Below are positions 1 through 8,297 of a DNA stretch of 58,519 bases, piece by piece. The DNA comes from Myxococcota bacterium (GTDB lineage: Bacteria; Myxococcota_A; Polyangia; JBBTFH01): assembly GCA_038041915.1 (NCBI GenBank), contig JBBTFH010000110.1, forward strand, positions 1-58,519, read 5' to 3'. Each line of letters opens with the position of its first letter. Within the stretch, counting starts at the first letter, position 1. The notes beneath the pieces were generated by a model, which searched no databases, had not been told where the DNA came from, and worked only from the letters and a program-made list of their open reading frames with translations. A program made the translations under genes and the position numbers.

Positions 1-870
1 AAGATGGTCGAGCTGTCGATCTACGACGGCATCCCGCACCTTCTGCTGCCGGTCGTCACCGACGCGCAGAAGGCGAGCCTCGCGCTGCGCTGGGCGGTCG
101 ACGAGATGGAGCGGCGCTACCGACTCATCTACGAGACCAGGGTGCGCCACATCGAAGCCTACAACGAGAAGCAGGCGGACGCCGCGAACAAGCTGCCCTA
201 CCTGGTCGTCGTCATCGACGAGTTCGCCGACCTCATGACCATCGCGCCCAAGGACGTCGAGTGGTCGGTGCAGCGCCTGGCGCAAAAAGCGCGCGCCGCG
301 GGCATCCACGTCATTCTCGCGACGCAGCGCCCGTCGGTCGACGTGATCACGCCGGTCATCCGCGCCAACTTCCCCGTGCGCGTCGCCTTCTACGTGAAGG
401 ACGCGGTCAACTCGCGCGTCATCCTCGATCAGGCGGGCGCCGCGACGCTGCTCGGCGCGGGGGACATGCTGCACCAGGACAAGGATCTGGTGCAGCGCGT
501 CCACGGCGCGTACGTCTCCGAGGAGGAAATCCACGCCGTCGTCGAGTTCCTCAAAGCGCAGGGCTCGCCCGAGTACAACATGGACATCCTGCGGCCGCGC
601 GAGGAGGATGACGAGGCGGTCGGGGGCGGCGACGCGGGCCCGGTCGACGAGATGTACGCGCGCGCGATCGACTTCGTGCGCCAGACGCGAATCGCGTCGA
701 TTTCGCGGCTGCAGCGCGAGCTCGGCGTCGGCTACAACCGCGCCGCCAAGATGATCGAGCGCATGGAGAAGGACGGCATCGTCGGCCCCGGCGACGGCGC
801 CAAGCCGCGCGAAGTCATGGGCGGCGTCGCCAGCTTCGCGGCCGGCGCCCCCCCGCCGCTGCCGATGTAG
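1..870 (+). CDS. ftsK: DNA translocase FtsK/SpoIIIE, C-terminal part (5' end lies outside the window)
   Basis: The ORF is open from base 1. It carries the motor-domain motifs VVVIDEFADLM and ILATQRPSVDVIT, and a C-terminal winged-helix gamma domain (ISRLQRELGVGYNRAAKMIERMEKDGIVGP). Confidence 0.92.
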   Translation, partial: KMVELSIYDGIPHLLLPVVTDAQKASLALRWAVDEMERRYRLIYETRVRHIEAYNEKQADAANKLPYLVVVIDEFADLMTIAPKDVEWSVQRLAQKARAAGIHVILATQRPSVDVITPVIRANFPVRVAFYVKDAVNSRVILDQAGAATLLGAGDMLHQDKDLVQRVHGAYVSEEEIHAVVEFLKAQGSPEYNMDILRPREEDDEAVGGGDAGPVDEMYARAIDFVRQTRIASISRLQRELGVGYNRAAKMIERMEKDGIVGPGDGAKPREVMGGVASFAAGAPPPLPM

Positions 871-968
871 CTGCATCCGCGCAGCTCCGCGCACCCGATT
901 GCGCCGATCCGATGAGGCCGCGACGGCGAAAACGCCGCGCTGAGCCGCGGCCCTGCTCGCGGGGGGGC

Positions 969-1367
969 CTACACGATGGCGACGACGCCCGAGTCGCGAA
1001 TTTGCGCGTCGGCGGTCACGAGGCGGAGGCCGTGAGAGCGCGCGGTCGCGGCGATGAGGCGGTCGGCGGGGTCGCGCGGAAACCCGGAACCGAGGCGCAG
1101 GCTCTCCGCGGCGATGCGCGCCGTCAGCGGGAGTACCGCGAGCGATGGGTGGGACTCGATCTCTTCGAGCATCGCGTCGGCGGCCGTCGTGAGACGGAGC
1201 CGGCCCCGGTTGGCGAGCATCGCGATCTCCCACAGGCTGATGGCGGCAACGCCCATACGTTCGCCCCGTGACTCGGCCTCGGTGAGGAGCTTCGCCCAGG
1301 CTGCCGGCAGCGCCGCATCGTCCGAGTACCACCAGACGACCACGTGCGTGTCGAGCAGCAGCTTCAA
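969..1367 (-). CDS. vapC: PIN-domain toxin VapC (type II toxin-antitoxin)
   Basis: This is the C-terminal 132 aa of track ORF 969..1748 (LKLLLDTHVVVWW...ISLWEIAML...DPADRLIAATA...LVTAD), which shows the typical PIN acidic residues. A TTG start at 1367 overlaps the upstream antitoxin stop (TTGA). The upstream part of the track ORF is Arg-rich junk. Confidence 0.8.
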   Translation of the reverse strand: MKLLLDTHVVVWWYSDDAALPAAWAKLLTEAESRGERMGVAAISLWEIAMLANRGRLRLTTAADAMLEEIESHPSLAVLPLTARIAAESLRLGSGFPRDPADRLIAATARSHGLRLVTADAQIRDSGVVAIV

Positions 1368-1645
1368 TCGCCGAGGGCCTCGAATTCGCCCGACCAGTCG
1401 CAGTGGACGATATCGCCGCGAATCTCCACGAGGCCCTTGCCGGCGCCGCGCAAGCTGCGCCGGATCGCCCGCTCGGGCACGACGCGCGCAACCGGGCGAC
1501 CGCGCTTCGTGATGACGAACTCGCGGCCTTCGGCCTGCACTTGGTCCAGAATCGCGAGGCAGCGGGCCTTGAAATCGCTGGCCGCGAGCAGCGAAGCGGC
1601 CCGAGCGCTTTTCACCGCCGGACGCTTGGCGCCGCGAACGTTCAT
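1364..1645 (-). CDS. Phd/YefM-type antitoxin (VapB partner)
   Basis: A 93-aa product (MNVRGAKRP...SDFKARCLAILDQVQAEGREFVITKRGRPVARVVP). The ATG is at 1645 and the gene overlaps the vapC start by 4 nt. Confidence 0.75.
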   Translation of the reverse strand: MNVRGAKRPAVKSARAASLLAASDFKARCLAILDQVQAEGREFVITKRGRPVARVVPERAIRRSLRGAGKGLVEIRGDIVHCDWSGEFEALGD

Positions 1646-1753
1646 GCACACGATTGTGGCGCAGACCAAGTGACTGGTCAAGTGGTCCTCTGGGTCGCCT
1701 GCGACTCGCTCTCCGAATCTGAAGCACGTGGTATAGACACACGTCCAAGCGTC

Positions 1754-2380
1754 ATGCTGCTCGCGCTCGTCCTCACAGCCGCCGAGGTGCTCGCCCGAAT
1801 GCAGGCGGCCTACGACGCCACCGACGACCTCAAGGCCAGCTTCAAGCAGACCTGGGAGAACCCGGCCTACGGCCAGACGCGCGTCGCGTACGGCTACGTC
1901 TACCTGCGCAAGCCGGGGCGGATGCGCTGGAACTACCTCAAGCCCGACAAGAAGTCGTTGGTCTCCGACGGCAAGACGCTGTGGGTCTACGAGGAGGAGG
2001 ACGCGCAGATCTTCCGGCAGGACGTGCGCGACGCGGGGATGCCGGCGGCGGTCGCGTTCCTCGGCGGAGGGCGCAAGCTCGCCGACGACTTCGACGCGAC
2101 GATCGACGCGGCGTCGACGCTCGGCGGGCCGGGCCGAATCGTCGTCAAGCTGGCGCCCAAGGTGCCGACGGCGCAGTTCCGAAATCTCGTGTTCGTCGTC
2201 GACGACGTGGAGTTCCTGGTGCGCGAGTCGGTCGTGGTCGACCACCAGGGCGCGGAGAACCACCTCGCGTTCACCGGAATCGAGCGCAACACGCGCATCC
2301 CCGACGCGAAGTTCCGGTTCGTGCCGCCGGCGGGCGTGCCGGTGCTCGACCCCAAGAGCGTGCTGCCGCAGGCTCCGTAG
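1754..2380 (+). CDS. lolA: Outer-membrane lipoprotein carrier LolA
   Basis: LolA-family sequence: DLKASFKQTWENPAYGQTRVAYGYVYLRKPGRMRWNY...DGKTLWVYEEEDAQ. It sits in the classic position downstream of ftsK. The start is an ATG at 1754, and the signal peptide looks short, so the true start is uncertain. Confidence 0.8.
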   Translation: MLLALVLTAAEVLARMQAAYDATDDLKASFKQTWENPAYGQTRVAYGYVYLRKPGRMRWNYLKPDKKSLVSDGKTLWVYEEEDAQIFRQDVRDAGMPAAVAFLGGGRKLADDFDATIDAASTLGGPGRIVVKLAPKVPTAQFRNLVFVVDDVEFLVRESVVVDHQGAENHLAFTGIERNTRIPDAKFRFVPPAGVPVLDPKSVLPQAP

Positions 2381-2387
2381 CGGGGGG

Positions 2388-2702
2388 TCAGCGCGACGGC
2401 GGCGTGGGAGGGCGCGACTCGGTGTCGATGACTTTCGTCTCCACGGCGCGACCGTGCGCGGCCATCGTCAGGACGCGGAAGAGATCGTCGGCGGTGCCGT
2501 CGGGGAGCTTGGCGGCGGCCGCGACGAAATCGACGTCGCGGAAGGTCACGAGGTCGAGCGCCTCGTGCATCGTGATGGCCTCGACGACTTCGAGCGTCGG
2601 CAGGCTGATGCGCACCTGCGCGATCGCCCGCGCGCGGGCCACGGGATCGGAATGGACGACCAGTGCGACGCGCGGCTGCGGCCGAAAGAGTTCAGTCCAC
2701 AC
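2388..2702 (-). CDS. Hypothetical 104-aa protein, possibly a degenerate receiver-like domain
   Basis: The sequence reads ALVVHSDP...DFVAAAAKLPDG, which resembles a CheY-like layout. The acidic pocket is not conserved (HS where DD is expected). This is weak similarity judged by eye only. Confidence 0.35.
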   Translation of the reverse strand: MWTELFRPQPRVALVVHSDPVARARAIAQVRISLPTLEVVEAITMHEALDLVTFRDVDFVAAAAKLPDGTADDLFRVLTMAAHGRAVETKVIDTESRPPTPPSR

Positions 2703-2749
2703 GATGGTTACCCCCTCGCCGCTAACGATCGACGGGACGCGCGAAAACT

Positions 2750-3721
2750 TTAGAGGCGCGCCGCGACTTCCGGCGCCTTTCCGAGAAGCCCAAAGATCCC
2801 ACCTGTGTGCAGGAACACGACGCGCGGGCCGAAGGCGTGGCGATCGGCCTCGAGCGTGGTCGCGAGCGCGTGGAAAGCCTTGCCGGTGTAGACGGGGTCG
2901 AGTATCACGCCCTCGGTGCGGGCCGCGTCGACGATGCGGTCGAGCTCCTCGGGCCGCGAGAGCGCGTAGCCGCGGCCGACGAAGCCCTCGATGAGTTCAA
3001 TCGACTCGGGGGCCGCGGCGTGGCCGAGCTCGGCGAGGATGGCGCCGATGACGTTTCGGAAGTACGCGGCGTCGTCGCAGACGCACACGCCGACCAGCCG
3101 CACGTCGTCCGCAAGCAGCAGCGCGCGCCCCAGCAGCAGCCCCGCGCCGGTGCCTCCCGATCCGCACGCGTAGATGACGGTGAACGGGCGCGGGACCTGC
3201 GCGCACAGCTCCTCGAGCGCGGCGACGTAGCCCCACGCGCCGGTCGCGTTCGAGCCGCCTTCGGGGATGACGTACGGGCGGCGACCCTGCGCGCGCAGCT
3301 CGCCGGCGACGCGCGCCATCGCGTCGGTGCGGCGGCGGTATTCGTCGGGCGTGAGCCAGCGGATGTCGGCGCCGGCCATGCGGTCGAGCAGGATGTTCCC
3401 GTCGGGGCTTGGCGGGCGCGAGGGATCGGCGGTGCGGAGCAGCAGGACCGATCGCATGCCCAAGCGCGCGGCGGCGAGCGCCGTGGCGCGCGCGTGGTTC
3501 GACTGCTCGCCCCCGCAGGTGATCAGCGTGTCGGCTTTCCGCGTGAGCGCGTCGGCGAGCAGGAACTCGAGCTTGCGCACCTTGTTGCCCGACAGCTCGG
3601 CGCCGGTCAGGTCGTCGCGCTTGATGAGGAGCTCGACGCCGAGGCGCGCGCCGATCCGCGCGAGCGGCTGCACCGGCGTGGGAAGGCGCGCGAGCTCGAT
3701 GCGGGGCGGGTAGGCGAGCAC
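2750..3721 (-). CDS. PLP-dependent D-cysteine desulfhydrase / ACC deaminase family protein
   Basis: The signatures LPTPVQPL...[24 protein letters not shown]...[14 protein letters not shown] are characteristic of the DcyD/ACC-deaminase fold-type II family. Confidence 0.85.
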   Translation of the reverse strand: MLAYPPRIELARLPTPVQPLARIGARLGVELLIKRDDLTGAELSGNKVRKLEFLLADALTRKADTLITCGGEQSNHARATALAAARLGMRSVLLLRTADPSRPPSPDGNILLDRMAGADIRWLTPDEYRRRTDAMARVAGELRAQGRRPYVIPEGGSNATGAWGYVAALEELCAQVPRPFTVIYACGSGGTGAGLLLGRALLLADDVRLVGVCVCDDAAYFRNVIGAILAELGHAAAPESIELIEGFVGRGYALSRPEELDRIVDAARTEGVILDPVYTGKAFHALATTLEADRHAFGPRVVFLHTGGIFGLLGKAPEVAARL

Positions 3722-3730
3722 GCGTGGAGC

Positions 3731-4747
3731 CTACGCCAGGCCGCCGCGGCGGCGCAGCAAGAACAGGAAGAACGGCCCGCCCATGAGCGCGGTGAGCACG
3801 CCGACGGGCAGATCGGCGGGGCTGAGCATGACGCGGGCGAGGACGTCGCAGGCGATCAGGAAGGCGCCGCCGGTAAAGACGCAGACGGGGATGAGCACGC
3901 GGTGATCGGCGCCGACGACGGCGCGCGCGAGGTGCGGGACGATGAGCCCGACGAAGCCGATGGGCCCGGCGAGTGCGACCAGCGCGCCGACCAGGAGCGA
4001 CGCGGCGAGATACGCGGCGCGGGTCGCACGGTCGACATCGACGCCGACGCTGGCGGCGGTCTCGGCGCCGGCGGCCAGCGCGTTCAGCGAGCGCGCGAGC
4101 AGCAGCGAGACGCCCAGGCCCGCGCCCCAGACCGGCAGCGCGCCGGCGAGCAGCTCGAGGCGCAGGCCGTCGAGGCTGCCGAGCGTCCAGCGCGTGATGC
4201 GCAGGCCGCTCGCGAGGTCGGCGGTGTGCTGCAGCAGCACGATCGTCGCGCCGGCGACGAACGAGAGCGTGACGCCGGCCAGGAGCAGCGTGGCGGGAAC
4301 CACCACGGCGCCACGCCGCGCGAGGCTCCACACGACGGCGACGGCGAGCAACGCGCCGAGAAACGCCGCGGCCGAGAGCGCGAGGCCGCCGGGAAGCGCG
4401 GCATCCAGGCCGAGGCGGATCGCGATGGCCGCGCCGAGCGCCGCGCCGCCCGAGACGCCGAGCGTGAACGGATCGGCCAGCGGGTTGCGCAAGATCGCCT
4501 GGAGCACGGCGCCGCTCGCGGCCAGACCGGAACCGACCAGCGCGGCGGCGGCGGCCCGCGGCAGACGCGCGCCGAAGAGGATCTGCGCGTCCGGGTTGTC
4601 GGCGAGCGGGACTTTGCCATCAAGCGCGCGGCGAACGTCGATGGTCGTCGCGCCGACCAGCGGCGCGGCCGCGAGCGCGAGCGCGCAGAGGAGCGCGGAG
4701 AGCGCAATCGCGACGGCGTGACGGCGCCTCTCCCGGCCGCCGGTCAC
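3731..4747 (-). CDS. FecCD-family ABC permease (B12/siderophore/heme type, BtuC-like)
   Basis: A polytopic membrane protein with FecCD motifs (LRNPLADPFTLGVSGGAALGA...GPIGFVGLIVPHLAR...GVLTALMGGPFFLFLL). A GTG start at 4747 overlaps the ATPase stop (GTGA). The N-terminal part of track ORF 3731..5536 is a frame artefact. Confidence 0.88.
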   Translation of the reverse strand: MTGGRERRRHAVAIALSALLCALALAAAPLVGATTIDVRRALDGKVPLADNPDAQILFGARLPRAAAAALVGSGLAASGAVLQAILRNPLADPFTLGVSGGAALGAAIAIRLGLDAALPGGLALSAAAFLGALLAVAVVWSLARRGAVVVPATLLLAGVTLSFVAGATIVLLQHTADLASGLRITRWTLGSLDGLRLELLAGALPVWGAGLGVSLLLARSLNALAAGAETAASVGVDVDRATRAAYLAASLLVGALVALAGPIGFVGLIVPHLARAVVGADHRVLIPVCVFTGGAFLIACDVLARVMLSPADLPVGVLTALMGGPFFLFLLRRRGGLA

Positions 4748-5514
4748 CGCGGCACGCAGAACGGCGAGAGCGTTTCGGGCACGCGTCCGACGTGCAGCGC
4801 GACGCCGAACGCGCGCTGCGCCGCCTCCGACGCCAGCACCTCGAGCGTCGGCCCGCGCGCGGCCACGGCGCCGCCATGAAGCAGCACCGTCGAATCGATC
4901 CAGCGCGCCGCCGCGCCGAGGTCGTGCGTCGCGACGACGACGGCCAGCCCGCGGCGTGCGCGCTCGGCGGCGAGCGCCGCATGAAACGCCGCCGCGTGCG
5001 CGACGTCGAGCGACGCCGTCGGCTCGTCGAGCAGCACGATCGCCGGCTCCTGGCAGAGCGCCTGCGCGAGCAGCGCACGCCGGCGCTCGCCGCCCGAGAG
5101 CTCGCTCATCGGCCGGTCGCGCAGCGCCAGAAGGTCGGTCCGCTCGAGCGCCTCCCGCGCCGCGCGCAGATCGTCGGTGGTCTCGAGCGCGCCCAGGCGC
5201 CGGTGCGGGTAGCGGCCCATCAACACGACGTCGATCACGCGGAAGGGAAACAGCAGCGTCATCTCCTGCGGCACGTACGCGAGCCGCCGCGCGATCGCGG
5301 GGCGGCGATGGGCGCGGATCGGCCGTCCGTCCAGCGTCACCTCGCCCGCCAGCACCGGCATGATGCCGGCGAGCGCGCGCAGGAGCGTCGTCTTGCCGGC
5401 GCCGTTGGCGCCGAGGATCGCGAGCGCATCGCCGGGCCGAATCTCGAGCGAGACGTCCGACACGATGGGCCGCTCGTCGTAGCCGACGGCGACGGAAGCC
5501 GCGCCAAGGAGCAC
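4744..5514 (-). CDS. ABC transporter ATP-binding protein (FecE/BtuD-like)
   Basis: It carries Walker A ([11 protein letters not shown]), the signature motif (LSGGERRR) and Walker B (IVLLDEPTASLD). Confidence 0.9.
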   Translation of the reverse strand: MLLGAASVAVGYDERPIVSDVSLEIRPGDALAILGANGAGKTTLLRALAGIMPVLAGEVTLDGRPIRAHRRPAIARRLAYVPQEMTLLFPFRVIDVVLMGRYPHRRLGALETTDDLRAAREALERTDLLALRDRPMSELSGGERRRALLAQALCQEPAIVLLDEPTASLDVAHAAAFHAALAAERARRGLAVVVATHDLGAAARWIDSTVLLHGGAVAARGPTLEVLASEAAQRAFGVALHVGRVPETLSPFCVPR

Positions 5515-5562
5515 GTGCGCAGACTAGCGGAAGCAAACGCTTCCGCGGTACGTTATCTCGTC

Positions 5563-7275
5563 ATGGTGGCTCGGCTCTGTTTGCTCGCCGCGGCCCTCGC
5601 GGGATGCGCCGAGAACAGCTTTGGCGTTGAGACAGCGCCGCCGCTCGACGCCGGAGGCGGAGATCCCTGCGAACCGGGCTCGGCGCGCTGCGGCGAGGCG
5701 GGTGCCGTCGAGCGCTGCGGCGATGGCGGCCTTTGGGAGAGCGCCGGCGCCTGCGCGGGTGGCCGGATCTGCCAGGACGGCGCGTGCGTCTTCCCGCCCG
5801 TCTGCCGCGCCGGCGAGCGCGTGTGCCAGGACAGGGACGTCGCGGAGTGCCTGCCCGACGGCAGCGGCTTCACCGACCTCGAGACCTGCCCGCCTGACGC
5901 GGTCTGCGAGGGCGGCACGTGCCTGCATCTCTGCACGCGCGCCGAGGCGACCAAGTCGTTCATCGCCTGCGAGTTCTACAGCTACGCGCTCGATAACCCC
6001 GAGGTCACGACGGGCTACTCGATCATCGCGGCCAACCCCAACGTCGATCTCCCCGCCCCCGCCCTGGTCACCGTCGACACGCGCTCGGGAGACGGCTGGA
6101 GCGCCGTCGGCACCATGAGCGTGGCGCCGGGCGCAATCGAGAACATGAATCTGACGCCGCGCAGCATCGCGAACAGCGGCGTCGAACCGGCCGCCTACCG
6201 CATCACCTCGTCGCTGCCGATCCTGCTCTACCAGCTCAACGGCTACAGCTACCTCGGCGGCGGCGGCTCCTCGAGCGGCGCGACGCTGCTCTTTCCCAAG
6301 CCCGCGCTTGGCCTCGATCACTACGGGCTGACGCTGCCGCAGGGGAGTCAGGCCGGCTGCAGCGACTTCTACGGAGGCAGTGACGGGACGTGTCGCGGCG
6401 ATCTGGTGGTGGTGGCGACCGAGGACGACACGACGCTGACGGTGCGCGCGAGCGGCAGCATCACCGCCGGCGGCGACGTGCCGGCGCTCGCCCGCGGCGA
6501 CTCGTGGGAGACGACGCTCGACGCGGGCGACGTGCTGCAACTCGCGACCGATGCGCCCGAGTCCGATCTGACAGGCACGTTCGTCCGCAGCGACAAGCCG
6601 ATCGCCTTCTTCGGCGCGCACGAGGCCTCGTCGCCGGGCGGGACGTACGCCTGGGACCACTTCGAGGAGCAACTGCCGCCGGTCGAGGCGTGGGGAAAAC
6701 AGTACGTCGCGGCCAAGATCGTGCCGACGGAGAACCCGGGCGCGGCGCCGATCTGGCGCATCGTCGCGAGCGAGGACGGCACGACCTTGACGTTCGATCC
6801 GGGGTCGGGAGCGAGCGGCCTTCCGACCGCGCCGATCGTGCTCGACGCCGGCGACTGGTACGAGACGCGCACCAACGGCCACTTCTTCGTCGAGGCGAGC
6901 GCCGGCGTCCTGGTCGCGCAGTTCGTCACCGCCGACACCGACATGGTCGTCATGCCGCCCGTCGAGCAGTACCTGCCCGAGTACTACTTCACGAACTTCG
7001 CCGGCGGCGAGGTGACCGGCACGCTGACCGTGGTGCGTCCGTCGGGCGCGACGATCACGCTCGACGACGGCCCGTGGTCGGCGACCTGGTCCGACGCTGG
7101 CGGCGGCTTCGAGGTGGCGCAGGCGGTCAGTCTCGTCGGCAACCACCGTCTCTCCGGCTCGTCGTCGCCCGACAAGCCCGCGCCGCCCGCGATCCTCCTC
7201 CGCGGCAACGGCGGCGGCTGCACGTTCTCCTACGTCGGCGGCCTGAACCTCGAGATCATCAACGCGCCTGATTAG
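5563..7275 (+). CDS. Secreted lipoprotein with a Cys-rich N-terminal region and a large beta-rich domain (possibly IgGFc-binding-N-like)
   Basis: An ATG at 5563 is followed by the lipobox LAGC. About 14 Cys residues occur in the first ~130 aa, followed by a repeat-free beta-rich body. The domain assignment is from memory only. The upstream part of track ORF 4792..7275 is antisense to the ABC ATPase gene. Confidence 0.7.
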   Translation: MVARLCLLAAALAGCAENSFGVETAPPLDAGGGDPCEPGSARCGEAGAVERCGDGGLWESAGACAGGRICQDGACVFPPVCRAGERVCQDRDVAECLPDGSGFTDLETCPPDAVCEGGTCLHLCTRAEATKSFIACEFYSYALDNPEVTTGYSIIAANPNVDLPAPALVTVDTRSGDGWSAVGTMSVAPGAIENMNLTPRSIANSGVEPAAYRITSSLPILLYQLNGYSYLGGGGSSSGATLLFPKPALGLDHYGLTLPQGSQAGCSDFYGGSDGTCRGDLVVVATEDDTTLTVRASGSITAGGDVPALARGDSWETTLDAGDVLQLATDAPESDLTGTFVRSDKPIAFFGAHEASSPGGTYAWDHFEEQLPPVEAWGKQYVAAKIVPTENPGAAPIWRIVASEDGTTLTFDPGSGASGLPTAPIVLDAGDWYETRTNGHFFVEASAGVLVAQFVTADTDMVVMPPVEQYLPEYYFTNFAGGEVTGTLTVVRPSGATITLDDGPWSATWSDAGGGFEVAQAVSLVGNHRLSGSSSPDKPAPPAILLRGNGGGCTFSYVGGLNLEIINAPD

Positions 7276-7282
7276 CTCCGAC

Positions 7283-8218
7283 GTGCGTCGCCCTCCGATC
7301 CTCGTGCTTCTCGCCGGCTGCGCCACCGCGCCTCCGCCGGCGCCGCGGCCCGCTCACGCCGCTGAGTCGGCTGGCGACCATGCCCCAGCGTCGCTCGCTC
7401 CGCTGCCGGACGCCTTGCCTTGCCCGCCGCCGCCGCTCGGGCCGGCGAGCGACGATGCCGCGAACGCCGCGCCGGCTCTGCCCGACCGCCAGCAGTGGCT
7501 CGACCCGTTTCCCGATCCGCGCCTGCGCTCGCACCTCGGCAGCGATCTGGTCGACGGAACGCCCAAGGCCTGGTTCGGCCCGGTGAGACCTCCATTCGTT
7601 CCCGCCAGCGACGCGCAGGGCCTGGCTCTCGTGCTGCTCGACGCCGGGCCTGACGGCTGGTTCGCGCTCTACCGCGAGCTCTACCGGACCGACGCGCCGC
7701 TCGACTGGAGGAACCAGCGTTATCGGGCGCGCTTCCACGACCCGGACGGAAAAATCGCGTGGGACGTCGATCTCGGTGGGCACTTCTCACGCCCCGATCA
7801 CCTCGAGGTGCAGGATGCGCGCTTCGCCGGCGGCGTCCTCTATTTCAACGAGGCCTGCCAGACGTACTCGGCGGAAGCCGGCGGGCTGTGCTCGTCGCTG
7901 GTCGCGCTCGATCCGGCGGGCGGCCGGGTCCTCTGGCGTACGCCGCCGCTGGTGTCCAACGGCCGCGTCGCGCCGATAGAACCGGGCGGCGCCCGCTACC
8001 TCGTCACCGGCTACGGCTTCACCGACGAGCCCGACTTCGTGTCCCTGGTCCGCCGCGACGACGGCCGAGTCGTCGCGCGCGCGCGGCTCGCCGGCGCGCC
8101 CGAAAATTACGCGGTCGACGGCGATACGCTCCGCGTCCACACCGCTCGCGGCGAGGAAACGTTCCGCTTGGACGCGCTCGACACCTCCGAGCCCAAGCTC
8201 GTGCCGTTGTCGCGGTAA
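7283..8218 (+). CDS. Hypothetical lipoprotein
   Basis: A GTG start is followed by the signal peptide and lipobox MRRPPILVLLAGC. The gene lies 8 nt downstream of the previous lipoprotein gene, so the two are probably co-transcribed. Confidence 0.6.
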   Translation: MRRPPILVLLAGCATAPPPAPRPAHAAESAGDHAPASLAPLPDALPCPPPPLGPASDDAANAAPALPDRQQWLDPFPDPRLRSHLGSDLVDGTPKAWFGPVRPPFVPASDAQGLALVLLDAGPDGWFALYRELYRTDAPLDWRNQRYRARFHDPDGKIAWDVDLGGHFSRPDHLEVQDARFAGGVLYFNEACQTYSAEAGGLCSSLVALDPAGGRVLWRTPPLVSNGRVAPIEPGGARYLVTGYGFTDEPDFVSLVRRDDGRVVARARLAGAPENYAVDGDTLRVHTARGEETFRLDALDTSEPKLVPLSR

Positions 8219-8297
8219 CGGCGTTCGCGAATGGAACGGGAGGAGCATCCGGCGGCGGGCTGAGTCGCTTCCGAACGCTCCCCCCGAATTCAGATCG

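Noticed and set aside
2807-4879. Very long ORFs in alternate or antisense frames. Examples: 2807..4879, 2997..4331, 8589..11303, 9526..11118, 15822..17513, 19040..20875, 38575..40947, 41578..44616, 48790..50694, 53942..56914, 55201..56937.
   Set aside because: Their translations are Arg/Ala/Gly/Pro-rich low complexity with no recognisable motifs. Each overlaps a gene with clear family signatures in another frame. Stop-codon scarcity at this GC content explains them.
4792-5562. N-terminal extensions suggested by the ORF track for several genes. Examples: 4792..7275, 1403..2380, 20839..22116, 37025..38740, 16972..18081, 15641..17386.
   Set aside because: The extensions overlap neighbouring genes in other frames or strands and are low complexity. 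Internal starts coincide with signal peptides, SD sequences or 4-nt stop/start overlaps.
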